Source: Obrimoposthia wandeli
Lineage: Eukaryota
DNA: 64,000 nt
Assembly: GCA_977020255.1 (NCBI GenBank)
Contig: CDROCS010001087.1
Span: 868,001-932,000 of the forward strand
Reading direction: 5' to 3'
Both the position numbers and the translations under genes were made by a program. This document shows, one piece after another, positions 11,015-25,389 of the stretch (positions within the stretch are counted from its first letter, which is position 1; every line of letters begins with the position of its first letter). The notes below the pieces were generated by a model that worked only from the letters and a program-made list of their open reading frames with translations, was not told the origin of the DNA and made no database searches.

Positions 11015-13376
11015 TTGTTTAATCTAAAATTATAAACAGAATATTTAATATAAGTAAATTATAATAAAAACGTTTAGTGTTAAAATTTTGTGTTTCTGAT
11101 ATAAAACCGGATTTTTCTAATTGTGCATTAAAATCGTTAATGTAAGTTTTTTTTAAAATAATTTAACCCAATGGATTTTTTAATTAACCTATATAATTAA
11201 AAAATAATATTAAAACTTCTACATATGACATCAGTTTTTTTAAAACATTTTCATAATGCAATACGTCGTTGTTTCTCTTATAGGGACAACGAAGATAAAC
11301 CATCTCAGTTTACAAGTTTATTGCAAGAAAAATGTTTATTCTTAAATGTTTGATTATCGTTGGACTCGAGTTTTCACTGAAAAAAAAGATTAGTCTCAAT
11401 TAAAACCATATGGTAAAATAGATAATCTAGATATACAAATATCTTTAAAAATAAACAGATTTAGAACATATAATTCTCAGAAACACTTGTCCCATACTAG
11501 CCAATTCTAATAAAACTATTTGCATTTGATATAACAGAAACCTTAAGGAGATATTCCGTTCCAAAATGGACTTTATCCTTTATTTTACCTCAAATAAAAT
11601 ATATTTTTATTATATAGATTTTTAAATTAAGACGGTATCATTTCTGTTAGGTTTAGAGGAGAAAGTTTATAATTACATTCACAACAATCTTGTGAATTTT
11701 GCGAAGCCCTCAAAATTGACGAAACAGAAAATACAATCAACTTTCAATCAAAACACGGACAATTGAACAGGTGATGTAGACTCGCATGTATCGACAAAAA
11801 TATTTACGAAGTATAAAAATTTCTTTATGACTAAGATTTTGCCTTTGAGCATGTATCACTTACTAAAATATATCAATAATGTACATCAATTCAACTACGA
11901 TTATAAAACTGATGAACTGCCATTGTGCTGAAAGCAAGAAACTTGTAGATGCAAATCATCTCAATGGCACAGCAAAAGTCACTAACTTTTCTAAAGTTTT
12001 CTAACTGCGCATTAAAATCGTTAACGTAAGTTTAAAATTTGAAGTTTTTTTTAAAAATTTTAAATTTAACTCAATGGGCCTTTTAATTAGCCTACATAAT
12101 TAAAAATAATAATAAAACTTCTATACATGACATCAGTTTTTTCAAAACATTTCAAAATTCAATACGTTAATACGTCGTTGTTTCTCTTATGGGAACAATG
12201 AAGATAAATCATCTCAGTTTACAAGTTTATTGCAAGATAAATGTTTGATTATCAGACACAGTTGTATTTATCAAGAAAATACTTTAAGAAATAATTTTAA
12301 ATTAAACAAATTTATGTTTAGTTAAAAAATATTAGTATTTCTTCAGTAAATATGTGTATTTACACCAAAGAATAGTTTAATAAAACACTTGCTTGTAATT
12401 ACATATAAATAGTTATATTTGTTCATTAAAAGCACTACAACAATACATATTATAATGTATTTACAATCAAATTTCAAATACGTTTAAATTGTATGTAGAA
12501 AGTTTAAGTCTACAAAAGAAATAGCTATCTATCAAATTTCAAATAATTTTTAGTTATTAGAAATTTTATGACCTCATAGTTGAATTTATTTGTAAAATAT
12601 TTCAGTAAAATTCTGGTAAACATTACAAATTTTACAGTTTTTATTAGACTTGATTCACAAACACTGTCATAATACCATTAGATTTTGTTTAATTTCTCAT
12701 TTAAAACTTTTTTATGAGTTTAGTTTATTATTTGTATTTTAATATACAAATGATTACGTAAAACGTAATTCGCTGAATTAAGTATTTACGTTTTGATGTA
12801 TTGGCCAATTAGGGACTCATTGTTGAAAATGCACTTTAGAATGCTTATTGTGGGTTTGACTATATAATAACCAGACATTTTTTGAGACTTGTACTTAGTA
12901 TTATAAATAGTTTATGAATTTTAGTTTTTTGTTGTAAATTTATGCAGTGGTTGACGTCAGAAAAGAAGTTTCTTAGAGTAAATGCCAAGTTTTGTAGCCA
13001 GTTTTTTTGAGAGAAGAAGATTTGTGATTCAATTTTTTTTGGACAAATACAAAAAGAAGATATGTATTTATGCCCAATTGTTTAAACTTTTTAACTTGAT
13101 AAAAAATGTTCTTCAAATTAATTATGTTTCAGACACGAATCAAAGTAAGCCAGATACCTCAAATTATTAACATATGAAAGGGTATAGAACAGTATCTCAA
13201 TTTAATAACATAATCAAAATTCGATTTGAGTTGAGTAAAAAAATTAATATATAGTTGAATACAAAATGATCACCCACTATAATGTGCTACGCATGTAAAG
13301 GACCATTTAATGAGACTGATATGAATTTTTAGAAGTAAGAAGTTTACATCAATTTTTATATTGCGGAACAACGGGA

Positions 13377-13459
13377 GCTAGAATAGCCCAATGGTTTAGT
13401 CGGTAGACTTAAGTTCAACTGCAGATATCTCTGCGTGGGTTTGAATCCCACTTTTAGCA
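13377..13459 (+). pseudogene. tRNA-Leu(TAA) pseudogene
   Basis: Acceptor stem GCTAGAA/TTTTAGC, anticodon loop CT-TAA-GT, variable arm GCAGA/TCTGC, T arm GTGGG-TTTGAAT-CCCAC. D stem, anticodon stem and TTC are mutated. Confidence 0.7.
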
Positions 13460-15307
13460 TCTCATTGTAATGTTTTTTATTGATAAAATTAAACTATAAA
13501 AATAAAATATATGTACATACACTCAACTTTCATCTAATTTATGTTTAATTTAAACAGAGTATTATTTCTTCGGTAAATATATGTAATTACACCTATAAAA
13601 TAGTCTGATCAACACATATTAATGAACTGCTACATTCAAATTTCAACTACATACTATTTTATAATCACATAACAAATTAGTTTGTAAATACAACAACAAA
13701 AAAGTACATTTACCATTAATTTTACAATAAATTCATTTAAACAATGCATATTAGTTTTTATACGAGTAGTATTTATTTAGTAAATAGTTATATTTGTTCA
13801 TTAAAAGCACTACAACGATACATACGAACTTACATTCAAATACATTTAAATTATAACTAGAAAGTTTTTGTTAATATAAGAAATAGCTGTAAATACATAT
13901 ATGAAATGATGCTTATTTTTCAAATTTCAAATAATTTTGAGTTCCAAGGAATATTATGACTTCATATTTGTATTTATTTGGAAAATACTCCAATAATTAT
14001 TTAAAACAATACAAATTTCACAGATTTTATATAGTTGAGTTTTTATTAGACGTGATTTACAAACATAGTAATAATCTTAATAGATTTTGTTAAGTTTGTT
14101 ATAAAGAACAGTTTTTTTGAATTTAATTGCTGAATCACATAATTATGTGTTTAAGGTATTGGCCAATTAGGGCCTTATTGTTGAAAATGCACTTTATGGT
14201 GCTTGTTGTGTGTCTAGCAATATATTAAATCAGGAAAGTAATTCCAATGGACATTCAAGGAAAGAAGAAGATCAATTGAATAAAAGATACAAGAATAAGT
14301 CTAAGGATATTATCCAACATTTATTGCAAGATAAATGCACTATACATGAAAATAGCAAAGATGCCATCTAAATAGACTTGCATAAATTTCAATTTCTTTT
14401 CCATTACTAGGGATAAAACATGTATCTACTCAAGGATCCTATTAAATATATATTCTCCAATCATGACAAATTGAACAAAATCAAGTTTGATTATATCATC
14501 TAATATATCCATGAACAAGATATCAAACAACTAAATGATATCTTTCATAATTCAATAATGATTCGAGCTAATGAACTTTGTTTTGTTGCAAATTATTACA
14601 AAGTTGAAAAATATGTCAAAAATGAAAAATAAAATATCGTCATCATAATTCAATGATACAAATACAAAATGAAACAAATATGTAGACATTATGTTATAAT
14701 ATATATTGTTGTTTTCCTATCTAATCTTATTCTATTTAACTTAGATGGAGATGGAGGCCCAGTAATCCAGGGCAACATATATGTTATAACATGTATCCCG
14801 AGACTTAAATAAGATATGATTTGACTTAAGTCAATTAAAAAATTTATGTTATTTAACGTGTAAAAAATGTACTAAAACTTTGAAAATAAAAATATTTTTA
14901 AGATATTTTCAAAACACACGTGCTATAGACAAAATTAATACAAAAACATAATTAATTGTATATAGAAAGTTGTTCTATAATGTCAGTTTAACCAATAAGA
15001 TTTGTTTAAATTTTATCAATGAAAATCGAGTATATGGTATAAACAAAACTGATTTCGTTATTATTTCCAAATTAGTTTTATATATAGTAACATCGATATG
15101 TTCTATGCATTAAAAACAAATTTATCTATATATCTATATGATTCTTACAACTGTAAAGATTAGGATTAATTAAATTAACTATATATAGGAAAAAGAGGAC
15201 CTTGAATTAAGGTTAAATAAAATAAATAAATTAGATTCAATAAGACTAAAGTAATTTAGAACCTAGAAGAGGTTATGTAGGTAGTGTTATATATAGGTAG
15301 AGTAGTA

Positions 15308-15382
15308 TATAGTGTCGGTACTAAATCAAAGGAACAAAGCCCTCCCGGGGGCTTGTTCCTTTGGTTTAGTACCAACACTATA
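15308..15382. other. Near-perfect ~34-bp hairpin
   Basis: tatagtgtcggtactaaatcaaaggaacaaagccc pairs with gggggcttgttcctttggtttagtaccaacactata. Confidence 0.85.
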
Positions 15383-15459
15383 GTACCTAAAATTGTCTAT
15401 ATATTGTCATTTTTAGACAGTATGTCGTTAAAATGGCTAAAAATGGCCTGAATTGACTG

Positions 15460-15530
15460 ATCAAGTCTCAAAATCCTGCATACAACACCAAGTCAGCTCT
15501 AGTGTTGTATGCAGGATTTTGAGACTTGAT
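15460..15530. other. Perfect 29-bp hairpin with 13-nt loop
   Basis: atcaagtctcaaaatcctgcatacaacac / gtgttgtatgcaggattttgagacttgat. Confidence 0.9.
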
Positions 15531-16049
15531 AAATCATGCATACTACGCCAACGGTAATAGGCGCACTCAGGGGGTACCCTTTACTTCAAAACCATGTTAT
15601 ACATGTCTAAAAAGTATCCATTTAAAAAATAATAAGGATGTATAAATATTTTTTTATACTATGTGTTTATAACAACAAGATAATAAATAATAATGAAATC
15701 AGTCCATGTTTATACTCAGTTTTGATTGTTCAACGAAAAAAGACAAAATATTTTTTACAACTTTACATTTTGTAGTTGACGTTTTAAGATGAGAAGTTCT
15801 AACTTCTCAACTTTGATTTTCAACTCTTTAATATCTGAGTATATCTGTAAGTATCCAATTTGTAATTTTTGAGTTCTTAATCTCAAAATTTAAGCTTTTG
15901 ATACAAAAGATTTCATTCTATCGTTCTAAAAGTTCATAGATTAAAATTTATATTGGGAAATACTGTGAAATAGTATGTCATAACATGTTTGTTTGTTTGC
16001 TATTATTTTCATGTCTTTAGAAATAACAAACTTATTTGCAAGTGTAAAC

Positions 16050-16870
16050 GTTTTTAAAAATTTTTTAGAAAAGTTTAGTAAATTCTAACGAGTCTAAAAT
16101 ATCAAATTATAAGTTTAAATATTTTATATTTTTATATTTCTAAATAAATTTCAGATTCTAAACATGTAAGAAATTTTTAAAATGTATTTTTCTAGTTTAT
16201 CATTTATGTAATTTTGTATGATCATACAGTATTTTTAGAGATTTTAAATTTTCAATAATTATCTTTAAAAGGTTTATTACTTTTCAAAAAATATAATTTG
16301 CAAACGATTGTAAAACATGTAATTTATAAATGTATTTTAAAAATTTTATTGAAATTATTATTTATATTCTATATAAATCTAACTTTAATAAAATATATAA
16401 ATTTATGATGTTTAATACTTTTATTTAATGTTAAATAATTTTTATCATTGTATTTATTGTAAATTTTTTTTTTAAATTTTGAAATATGTTTATTTATTTT
16501 TAAGTGTAAAAGTTTTTGAAAATTATTTTAATAACGTTTTTTAGAAACGTTTTTGTAAATATTTCTAATGAATCTAAATTATTGAATTTTAAGTTTATAT
16601 TGGTTAACATTTAACTTAAAATATATATGATATTTTATATCTTAAAACTATGACTACTTTTATTTAATTTAAAAAACTATGGTGTTTAATACTTTTATTT
16701 AATGTTAAATAGTTTTTATCTTTGTATTTAGTGTAAGAAAGTATTTTTTAAATTTTTAAATGTTTTATTTATTTTTAAGTAGGACATTTTTAAACTATTT
16801 TAATTTTGAAAAGTGTTTGTAAAAATTCTAATGACTCTAATTATTGATTTATAAGTTAAAAATTTTTAAA
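16050..16870. repeat. Degenerate AT-rich tandem repeat, period ~275 bp
   Basis: tgtttaatacttttatttaatgttaaata recurs at ~16409 and ~16684; ctaatgaatctaaattattga-type blocks also recur. Confidence 0.5.
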
Positions 16871-18537
16871 ACAATTCTTCTTCTCTCAAAAGCTGACTAC
16901 AAAACTTGGCATGTATTCTAAAACACTTTTTTTCTGACGTCAACCACTGCATAAATATACAACAAAAAACTGAAATTCACAAACTATTTATAATACTAAG
17001 TAGAAATCTCAAAAAAATGTCCGACACTATATACTACTAGGGATGATTTTAAAAGAAAAAAATAAATAAGATATTCCCAAAAAAGAATAAAAACTGATAT
17101 TACATCAGAAGCAAAATTAATTAAAAATTATACTGGGAAACGGCACCTGTTTCCAATCGTGAGACTCCGACACCTGTGAGCCAGCCAATTCCTCGAGGTA
17201 AGTCCCCTTAGCTAAGTGCAGTTAATCTATTTCTCTAGGAAAAGTTCAACAGAGGGAAATTTTCAAGAAAATACGATCTCGAGAAACCGGGGCTAAAGAT
17301 TTATAAGAAGCAGAAGGAAAATTAATCGTTGTTTTCCCAAAAAGAGAGAAAACCGAATTCCATCCATTATCAAGAAACCTGAGGGAGGAAAAACCTAATT
17401 CCATCCATTATCCAGAACCGAGAAACTGAGTATCTGAGAAACTTGGAACGCGACCGGACAATAGGAACAGCTCACCAGAACGAATATTGGTGAGAAATGC
17501 GGTACGGGAACAGTTTTTGAATATATATTTACAATCAAAAAGTGTGAACTAAACCCAATTTTGAATATATAATTACAATGTAACAAGTTTTGAAATAAAC
17601 TGAAAGAAATCTATTGAAACTAAATTTTAAAAGTATAATTAGGCTAAGGTCATCTTTGTTTACCGTGTATTGGACCAAGTGTAATAAGACAAGTTATTGT
17701 CAACTTTAGAACCTTTACAGCTAAGTGTGAATTTAATATAGTCTTTCCTACACATCAAGTAGAGTTAACTCGATCAATCCCATATAGGATTAGAGAGACA
17801 TGAATTTCCCTATACACGACCTTACATTAACGAAAAACTTTTGGTGTACTACGAACACAACTCTCTTCTCAACCGTAATACAAATTACAAAAAAAACCCT
17901 AAAGAACTGAGACTAAGTGAAATAAAATCAAAAGTTATGCCACATACATATGTAAGCTCTATTGCTACAGAACTCACGTTGGGGGCCTCCATACGAGGAT
18001 CTAGTTTCAAATAGATAACCCAACATAACAACAACAAAAATTTCAAAATTTATAAATTACGGGAATTATTTTCTCAAAGGATTTTGGACATCTTCAAATA
18101 TCATGGCAGTATTTTATTAAATATTATTTCAAATTTACTTTAGCTATATGAAATATTAAAGTTATTTACATTCATGAACCGGAATGGAATTTGCAGAATA
18201 AACGTAACTGGAAATAATGAAAATATGAATAGATCATACCACCGCGAAAAACGTCCTGGAATCATTTTTATCAATGTTAAATCTTATATTAACTAATAAA
18301 GATCATAAAGATACCTATCGTCAATAATCTGGATGGGTGCCTGATAAAGAATATGCAATATATAATGGAGGATATCAATAAAGTAAAAAGTATAAAATAA
18401 ATTAGATAAATTTGAGGGATGTGCTTGGATTTTTACAAAATTACAATCTACTTATACATAATGTTTTCATACAGTTAACATGTGTTAGACCAATACATAA
18501 TGAGCGAATATTTCTGATGTTACAGGAACTGAAGGTA
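16479..18537 (+). repeat. Direct duplication, copy 2 (includes LTR-like arm ending at 18025)
   Basis: Near-identical to 1-1814 plus a ~245-bp extra segment. Confidence 0.95.
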
Positions 18538-19030
18538 AACTAAAATTAATACATTTAGAATTACACAGACTTTAAAAGATATAATTAAATTGAAACTTAT
18601 AAATAGATTATTAACTAACAAACCAATCGAAATAGAATATGTTCAATATATAATATTTGATCAGGACCAATAAAACTATCGGGTAGACTAGGTTCATTAG
18701 TATATAAACCTAAAATTTTTTTGATGGAATTTAAAGATTTAAACGTTACATTTCAAAACAATAATGACTTATTTATACAATATTCTTCAACAACTAATAC
18801 AGCAACTCCACCCGTGACCACTAATCATTATTTTATATCTTTACAGATTCAACTAAATAACACACGATATCCTGTTAGTCCTATAAACTTTGGTGATGAT
18901 ACAAATAATCAATTCTTTCCATATCATGTATATATCAAAATGTGTCAAACATTAGATTGTAAACTCCAATTATCATTAAAAGATTTTACAAATTATGTTT
19001 TAATGTTAGTGATCAAGATGATAGGTTGTC
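18270..19030 (+). pseudogene. Polinton-type major capsid (double jelly-roll) fragment
   Basis: Across frameshifts: LGFLQNYNLLIHN..TGTEGKLKLI..KLKLINRLLTNKPIEIEY..RLGSLVYKPKIFLMEF..IQLNNTRYPVSPINF..LSLKDFTNYVLMLVI, following the recalled Polinton MCP pattern. Confidence 0.6.
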
Positions 19031-22000
19031 GATAAATAATGTTGATGCATCTCTCCATATCCTTAAGATTTGAATTTTGAAGCAACAGTGTATACTTTAT
19101 TCTTACAAGATAAAAGATGCTAAGATTTCAATCATAGAAAATGTTAAAAGAGGTGTATAGATTTTATTATATTTAAAATGAAAGTAAAGAATAGTAATTA
19201 ATTTTTATGCATTTTACCATAACGAAAACACACACAAATTAATAAACAAAATTAAAAGTCATCTGATTATAATCTAAAATATATTATTAAATAGAAAAAG
19301 AATAAAAAGAACTCGACCACACAAGTTTGTAGCTTTATTATGAATTTATATTTATTGAGATTTTTTGTAGATTTTTGAACACTGTAATGAGATCAAGATT
19401 AAGAAAGTAGAATGTATTGCAAAAAATGTAGGAAATATCTTCTCTCACAAACATGATGAGACATGGCCTAAGTAATAGTGCGGTGCTGTGCGCCGACCTA
19501 ATGCACGTCCGAAATCGAGTTGGATCTTGGAACTTTGAGACAAAATCAATGTGCATTCATGTTACACTTTCGATACTCGGTGGAAAATTCTCCGAACATT
19601 CTTCCTAAAGTATTTGAAATCCTTCTTACTGCATTCCCTAATAAGTAAAGATATTTATTTTCCCGATATTTAGTCTTTTTTTCTGAAATATATCAATTAT
19701 GAATTTATGAAAATGTACATTTATTCTCCTTTCTAATTTGCGACTACAATTTCATTTATTTTGTAAATAAAAACCGGAAGTTATATTTTAAAATTAGGTG
19801 TAAAACACTCTAAAAATAACATAATTGTATAAAAAATTTCCGCCATAAAAATTTCACTCATCAATTAACTTTCTAAATAGTAGGGTTTTCATTTTTTTCT
19901 TCAAGGAATCTGTATTTTTATAATTTAAAAAATCAATAGAGAGATTGTTGCAATATTTCTAAAAATAAATTTCAAAATTTCATTCACTTTGGTGAACGTT
20001 TCAAATATTATTTTTCGGATATTTTTATGCCATTTTTCTTATTTAATTTAACTTTAAATGTATTACTGATATTTTCGCTCTGAAATGTACAGCTGGTATT
20101 TGTATTTATCATTTGTTATTTGAATTACTTCGATTATCTCACCGAGAAAATCTGTAACATGTCCAGTTATCCAAAATATGTCTTAAAATCATTTTATTTA
20201 ATTTTTAATTAAATTATATATATATGTTTGCATTAAAAAATTAAAACTCTTTAAAACCAAAAACTGTGGAATAGGGTAGTTAAAATCGAAAATACGTTAT
20301 AAACATTGTAAGAAACTCTCTAATAAGTACGTCATATACGAAAGAACGTTGTATGTGAGTACACTATAACCGTAAATTATTTAATGCATTCAGAAGATAC
20401 GAATTCAGTCAGGACAAGGTGAGAAGTAAGTTTTATTCCACTGTACATGGTTCGCTATAGCGGGATTATACTGTACTTATATAATTATTTACTTAAAACT
20501 ATTGTAACAGAGATCAGTGAAATAACTCTGCATATTAAGAAATTCAAAGTGCAAAATTTTAGTGCTGTCAAACGAAGCTTCTTTTCAATTTTACTACGAG
20601 AAAGTTCAACATACAAGACACCAAATGAAAAGAAACTAATAATGTATCTTAGAGTGTCGAATCTCCACTTCGATAGGAACCCCTCTTTCTGGAAGGTTAG
20701 ATGTCATAGTTATCAGCGACCTATCAGGCTTGCTAACAAGTATTTGACAGTAAAAGTTACATCAGTTTCACCTGAGGCCTCGTTACTTCATTTGACAACA
20801 CATATGAAGACAGGAGAATTTATCTCAAAAACGAAATTGCACTGCAATTGTTCTGCTATATCGCAATAAAGATATTTAAATAATTTGTTTAATCTGTTTT
20901 TAAATTCATTATTTGATCAATGGAAGGGCTTAACTTTTTTAACCATACTCAGCCTTTTTAATTTCTATCTTTAAATTTAAAATTTTAATAATTTACATTA
21001 CTTTCTTCAAAAAGTTTAAATTAGAAAGCGTATTTATCATACTAAATCACTTAAAATAATAGGTTCAAATTAGAGGGCTTTTACTGTATTATGAAAATTA
21101 ATTCAAAACTGCGTCAGCCAAGTGACATTGATAATATTATTTCTGCTGTTAGAAAGTCTTTATATAACAATAATAATGTTCATGTTCTGATCCGGTCAAG
21201 AACGTTTGTCAAACTTAACCTGCTAAACAAGAAGTGTATTAATTTCATTTCTTCAGCATCTCTTTCAAACACATCAGGCAAGAAAAACTGTTACTTCACT
21301 AAATACACCAAAACACATACATAAACACAAGTCAAACGATCAAGAGGAAAAGCTGACATTTGCTGTCCAGGTTGCAGTTGCACCTGGCCACACAGTTGTT
21401 TGGTTAGCTTTCAGATGGGCATCCGATGTTGTACAGATACCATTAACAGCAATCGAGCCACAGGGATGATGATCATCTGGAAATATTCATACTAGTGACT
21501 GTTGTGAGTAGCACATGTCAATATACTGGAACGATGATGATGATGATGCTGCCACTACATTGTAGCCCTACTGTGCAGATGGGTACACATGTGGATCCTT
21601 GTTGCACCTGTGCGTAGATTCAGTTTATCAGCCATGTTTCCACAACCGAGACATTTCCATAGCACGGAGTGAGAGAAACGAAAACATGCACAGTTCGTTT
21701 ACTATTGGAGCTGATGTAAATCAAACTTTGATCATCTGCAAATTTATGTATGTCTAATTAAAAAACCTAGTTTGATTTATACATTTACAAGCGTACTTGT
21801 GTACACAGCAGCACAAACGAATAATCTCTTGTTAATTTGATTTCGGCAACAGCTTGTTAACACGACAACAACAGTAACCCGAAAGCAAGCTAGTTCTCTC
21901 TGAAGCCCACCGATGATGCAGCCACGATAAAGTCATCAAGAGTCTAGCATACCGCTGATTTAGTCCGAAACACATTCCACAGAAAGTCCTGCAACAAGAT

Positions 22001-25000
22001 TTACTGGCTGGCTTCAGCTAATCCCCGCTTCTACTGTATACTATTCGATGATTTGCACATTTTTATGCGAGTATATAGAAGGAAAATTTATTACGACTAG
22101 GAAGTTTTCACATGTTCAGACACAAAGTCACTTTACTAGCTGGTTCAACCTTAGACTTGAACTGTTAGTGCAGAAAATTATTGCCAAATCGTTAATTTAA
22201 TGAGATTCAATGAAAAATCTAAAAGCCGTTGACTGGTTAGCGTAAACTATCACTTTGTATCATCTTTGTAGTCAAAAGCATGTCAGCTACGCAGGAAAGT
22301 ATTTTAAATGCTGCAAAAAGAAAATCAACATTGTCAGGACGTTTTAAATCCAAAATAATTTTACTTTCGATTTTTGGTTCATGGAAAATAATATAAAATA
22401 CTTAAATAGTGAATATCAAATTCATGCAAAAATTAAATTAGAAATGAAAAAAGATTATCTAAATAATTGGTTTAATAGTCGTTCAGAATTGATTAAAACA
22501 TAAGTTAATGCATTGACATAAAACATTAGGTCAATGAGGGTCCAGAAGATGCTAGCGATATAGAATGATACGTAAGCAGTATCGACGACAAAAACTAAAG
22601 TTATCGATCTTTGCTGACATCGATTATTTTACTTTGAAAACTCGGTAAGCAGTAGATATAGTTAATGCGTGTTGGTTCATTTACATTATTTTAGAAATTT
22701 ATATAAGGAATTTTAAATCCAAAATTGATTAAAATGTACTTGAAAACTCCGAGATGATCTACACACGAAGAAACACTGTTGGACGATCAATATAAAAAAT
22801 AACATAATAAATGATTAAAGATAAAAAGTTGTGCAAGAATTTCAATAATTTTATTATTGGGTTATATTGTTAATATGTTATATGCGATTGAATATTTTAT
22901 TGAATTATTTTGGAGGAATAATTAGGTAGTTTAATTATTCTTAAATTTAAGTTAACTTATTTTGAGGGGATTTTTTTTGTTCCGTTACGTATAGTAAAAA
23001 GCTCTAATATGGGACTGTGAATATATTCGTTGAAGAATTTGTTCTATCTATCACTTTTAAAGACAAAATAAGGTGAATTTTTAATCAATAAAGTAGTCGA
23101 CTAAATATCTAGCAATTAAAAGCCAGACATATTATCCGGGATTATTTCAAGAAATTACTCTTTAGCTTAGATATGAATTTTAAAAATAATTTCGACATGA
23201 AGAGTTGAATTTTTTATTTCTTTTGTACATTCTCAAGTACGTCTAGGAAACGTTCATCAATACTATTTGTGTTTCTTCTTATCTACCTTATCAACAAGTA
23301 TAATATATTCTCTATAAGATGTTGGGTGTTCAATAAATTAAGGGAATATTAATGAATAAATACGGGGAATAAAATGTATTTAGTAGTTACTAAAACAGCA
23401 CTTTTAAATGCTTAATATGTAATTTCGTACATGTTTAATAAATATAAAACATTTTAATATCTTATTTTACAATTTTGAAAGCAATTATTGGTTTAATTTT
23501 AAAATTTATTAATTTTGTGCAGGATCAACATGTCTGAACCAAAATATTGAAGTTTCAAAGTTGCAACTAATTGCAGAAGAATTGAAGGTGTAGGTAGGAA
23601 TCTAGTGTCTTTTTGGCTTTAAACATTGTGTGACCGTAGCAGATTTTTCTAGAGTCTGGAGTTAAATTTTGTGCATGTGTAATAATCAATATTTCGTCAA
23701 ACTGCGAAATACACAGAATCTGTTTACTGGCGGTGGAGGCTGACAGAATTAAGTTCGTGAGCTGGAATTGAAAGATTAAACTAATCTATTTTTGACAAGA
23801 AATCTTTGAACACTCAATAATAATGTGTCCTTTTCTTTTCATAATATACAAAGTCCTTCAACATAAAGTGTAGTTTTAAAAGTAAGCCCCGATAATGAGA
23901 CTACTGTTGTTTTAACGAGTGTAGGGCTTATAAGTATAAAAAGTGATAGATGCGGCACATGTAGATTTGTTTGATATCTGTTCAAAGCTACCACATGCCT
24001 AGATAAAGTTTGATACTAGATTTTTGCTAGTTGTCATTGACGGTTTGACTTCGAAATATCGAGCTCGATTACAAGTGTGCGTATGAATGGTCTAAAGAAA
24101 CCCAATCTGCATGCTGTGTCATCAGTAACCATCATATTAGGAGGAGGGTACATGGAATCTGCTACTGTCTGCGGTGCCTACCTGGCGCACCGGTGCATTA
24201 ATTAGCTCCACTACACTGACAGATATATCTGTGGACAGCCATAATCGAATAGTCATCATTTTCTGACTCCGTATCGCAGTTACTGGCTTGTTTACAACAC
24301 CAATGCACGTGCGCGCATGATTGATGGTGCATCGAGTACGATTCGGCCAAAATCTGGAACAATGCGCCAGCCAGCTAAAATAAATGGTAGTAAATCATTT
24401 GCAGTTTATATTAGGAGAAATTTTAACATATGCAATTTTCTTTGCTGGGTGCAAATTGCCTGATAACGTGAAATGCAATAAATAGAATAGTTCAACAGTT
24501 CCATGTGTCTGTTTTGTATGTGTATCGTCTTATGAGACTTGGATCCCTTTAGATATGCCACTTCTGAAATTGTAACACATTCCTAGCATGAGATCTCTTT
24601 TATCTCTCTCATTTACACTTCGTCTTCTGTAAAATAGAGTGGAATGACTGGAAACTGTGTCTTTGTGTTTAATGTTATAAATTTCGTATTAATTTTACTA
24701 TCGTTCTACAAATATATTCAACCAACTCATCTATGATTAAAAGATTGGAAATTTAAAAGAGCTCTATCTTCTTAGTTTCAAACTCATTAAAATTGAATAA
24801 AAAAACCTCTTGGACATTCAATATCAAGTAAAATATAATTTATTAAAGTTTAAGAGTGTTAAACTTTTGTTTTAATTTATTACTTTCAAAATAAATTAGA
24901 ATTTATATTTAAACGTTTTTTAAAATCTTATCATATGATACACATTGGTCTTGATTCATTTCCAGGCGATGGAATGAATCCAAACGCCAAAAAATTCACA

Positions 25001-25239
25001 AAATACTGTCGACATTTCTTCTTTGAGGAAGGTTCCATAAACAATCTAGTATTATAAAATAAAGAGAATTAAAGTTAAAAATTTAGCATACCGTTTAATA
25101 ATAAACGTTTAATGAATAAATACAAAATTTTATAAAAATTTGTAAAGGATTTGAAAAAGCGTAGAAAATTTAATAAAATTTGTATATTTATAGAATAATT
25201 ACATTTAAAAAATGTTCTATTAAAATGTTCTGTGGACTC

Positions 25240-25322
25240 CCAATCTACTCTTTTTTATGTGGACCCCCTAAAATATCCTGTGGACGACCAGGATCCATAT
25301 GAACCCGGGTTGAGAACCCCTG
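25240..25322. mobile_element. Right end of a hAT/Charlie-type MITE
   Basis: Ends ggttgagaacccctg (reverse complement CAGGGGTTCTCAACC) with gtggacccc subterminal motifs; no partner end found. Confidence 0.55.
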
Positions 25323-25389
25323 AGTTAGAGTAAGAGTAAATGATTGGAAAGGAAGAGAAGCTTGCGGCGATGGCGTACTTTTAAAATTC

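Larger units (their letters stand above)
9158..13520 (+). repeat. Arm 1 of a large inverted segmental duplication (partner ~31960-37975)
   Basis: Collinear reverse-complement matches: CG-1-like gene, 11660-11970 vs 35620-35930, 12260-13250 vs 33820-34785, and the tRNA region vs 31960-32219. Confidence 0.9.

Noticed and set aside
20447-20869. 140-aa ORF
   Set aside because: No recognisable motif or supporting signals; left unannotated.
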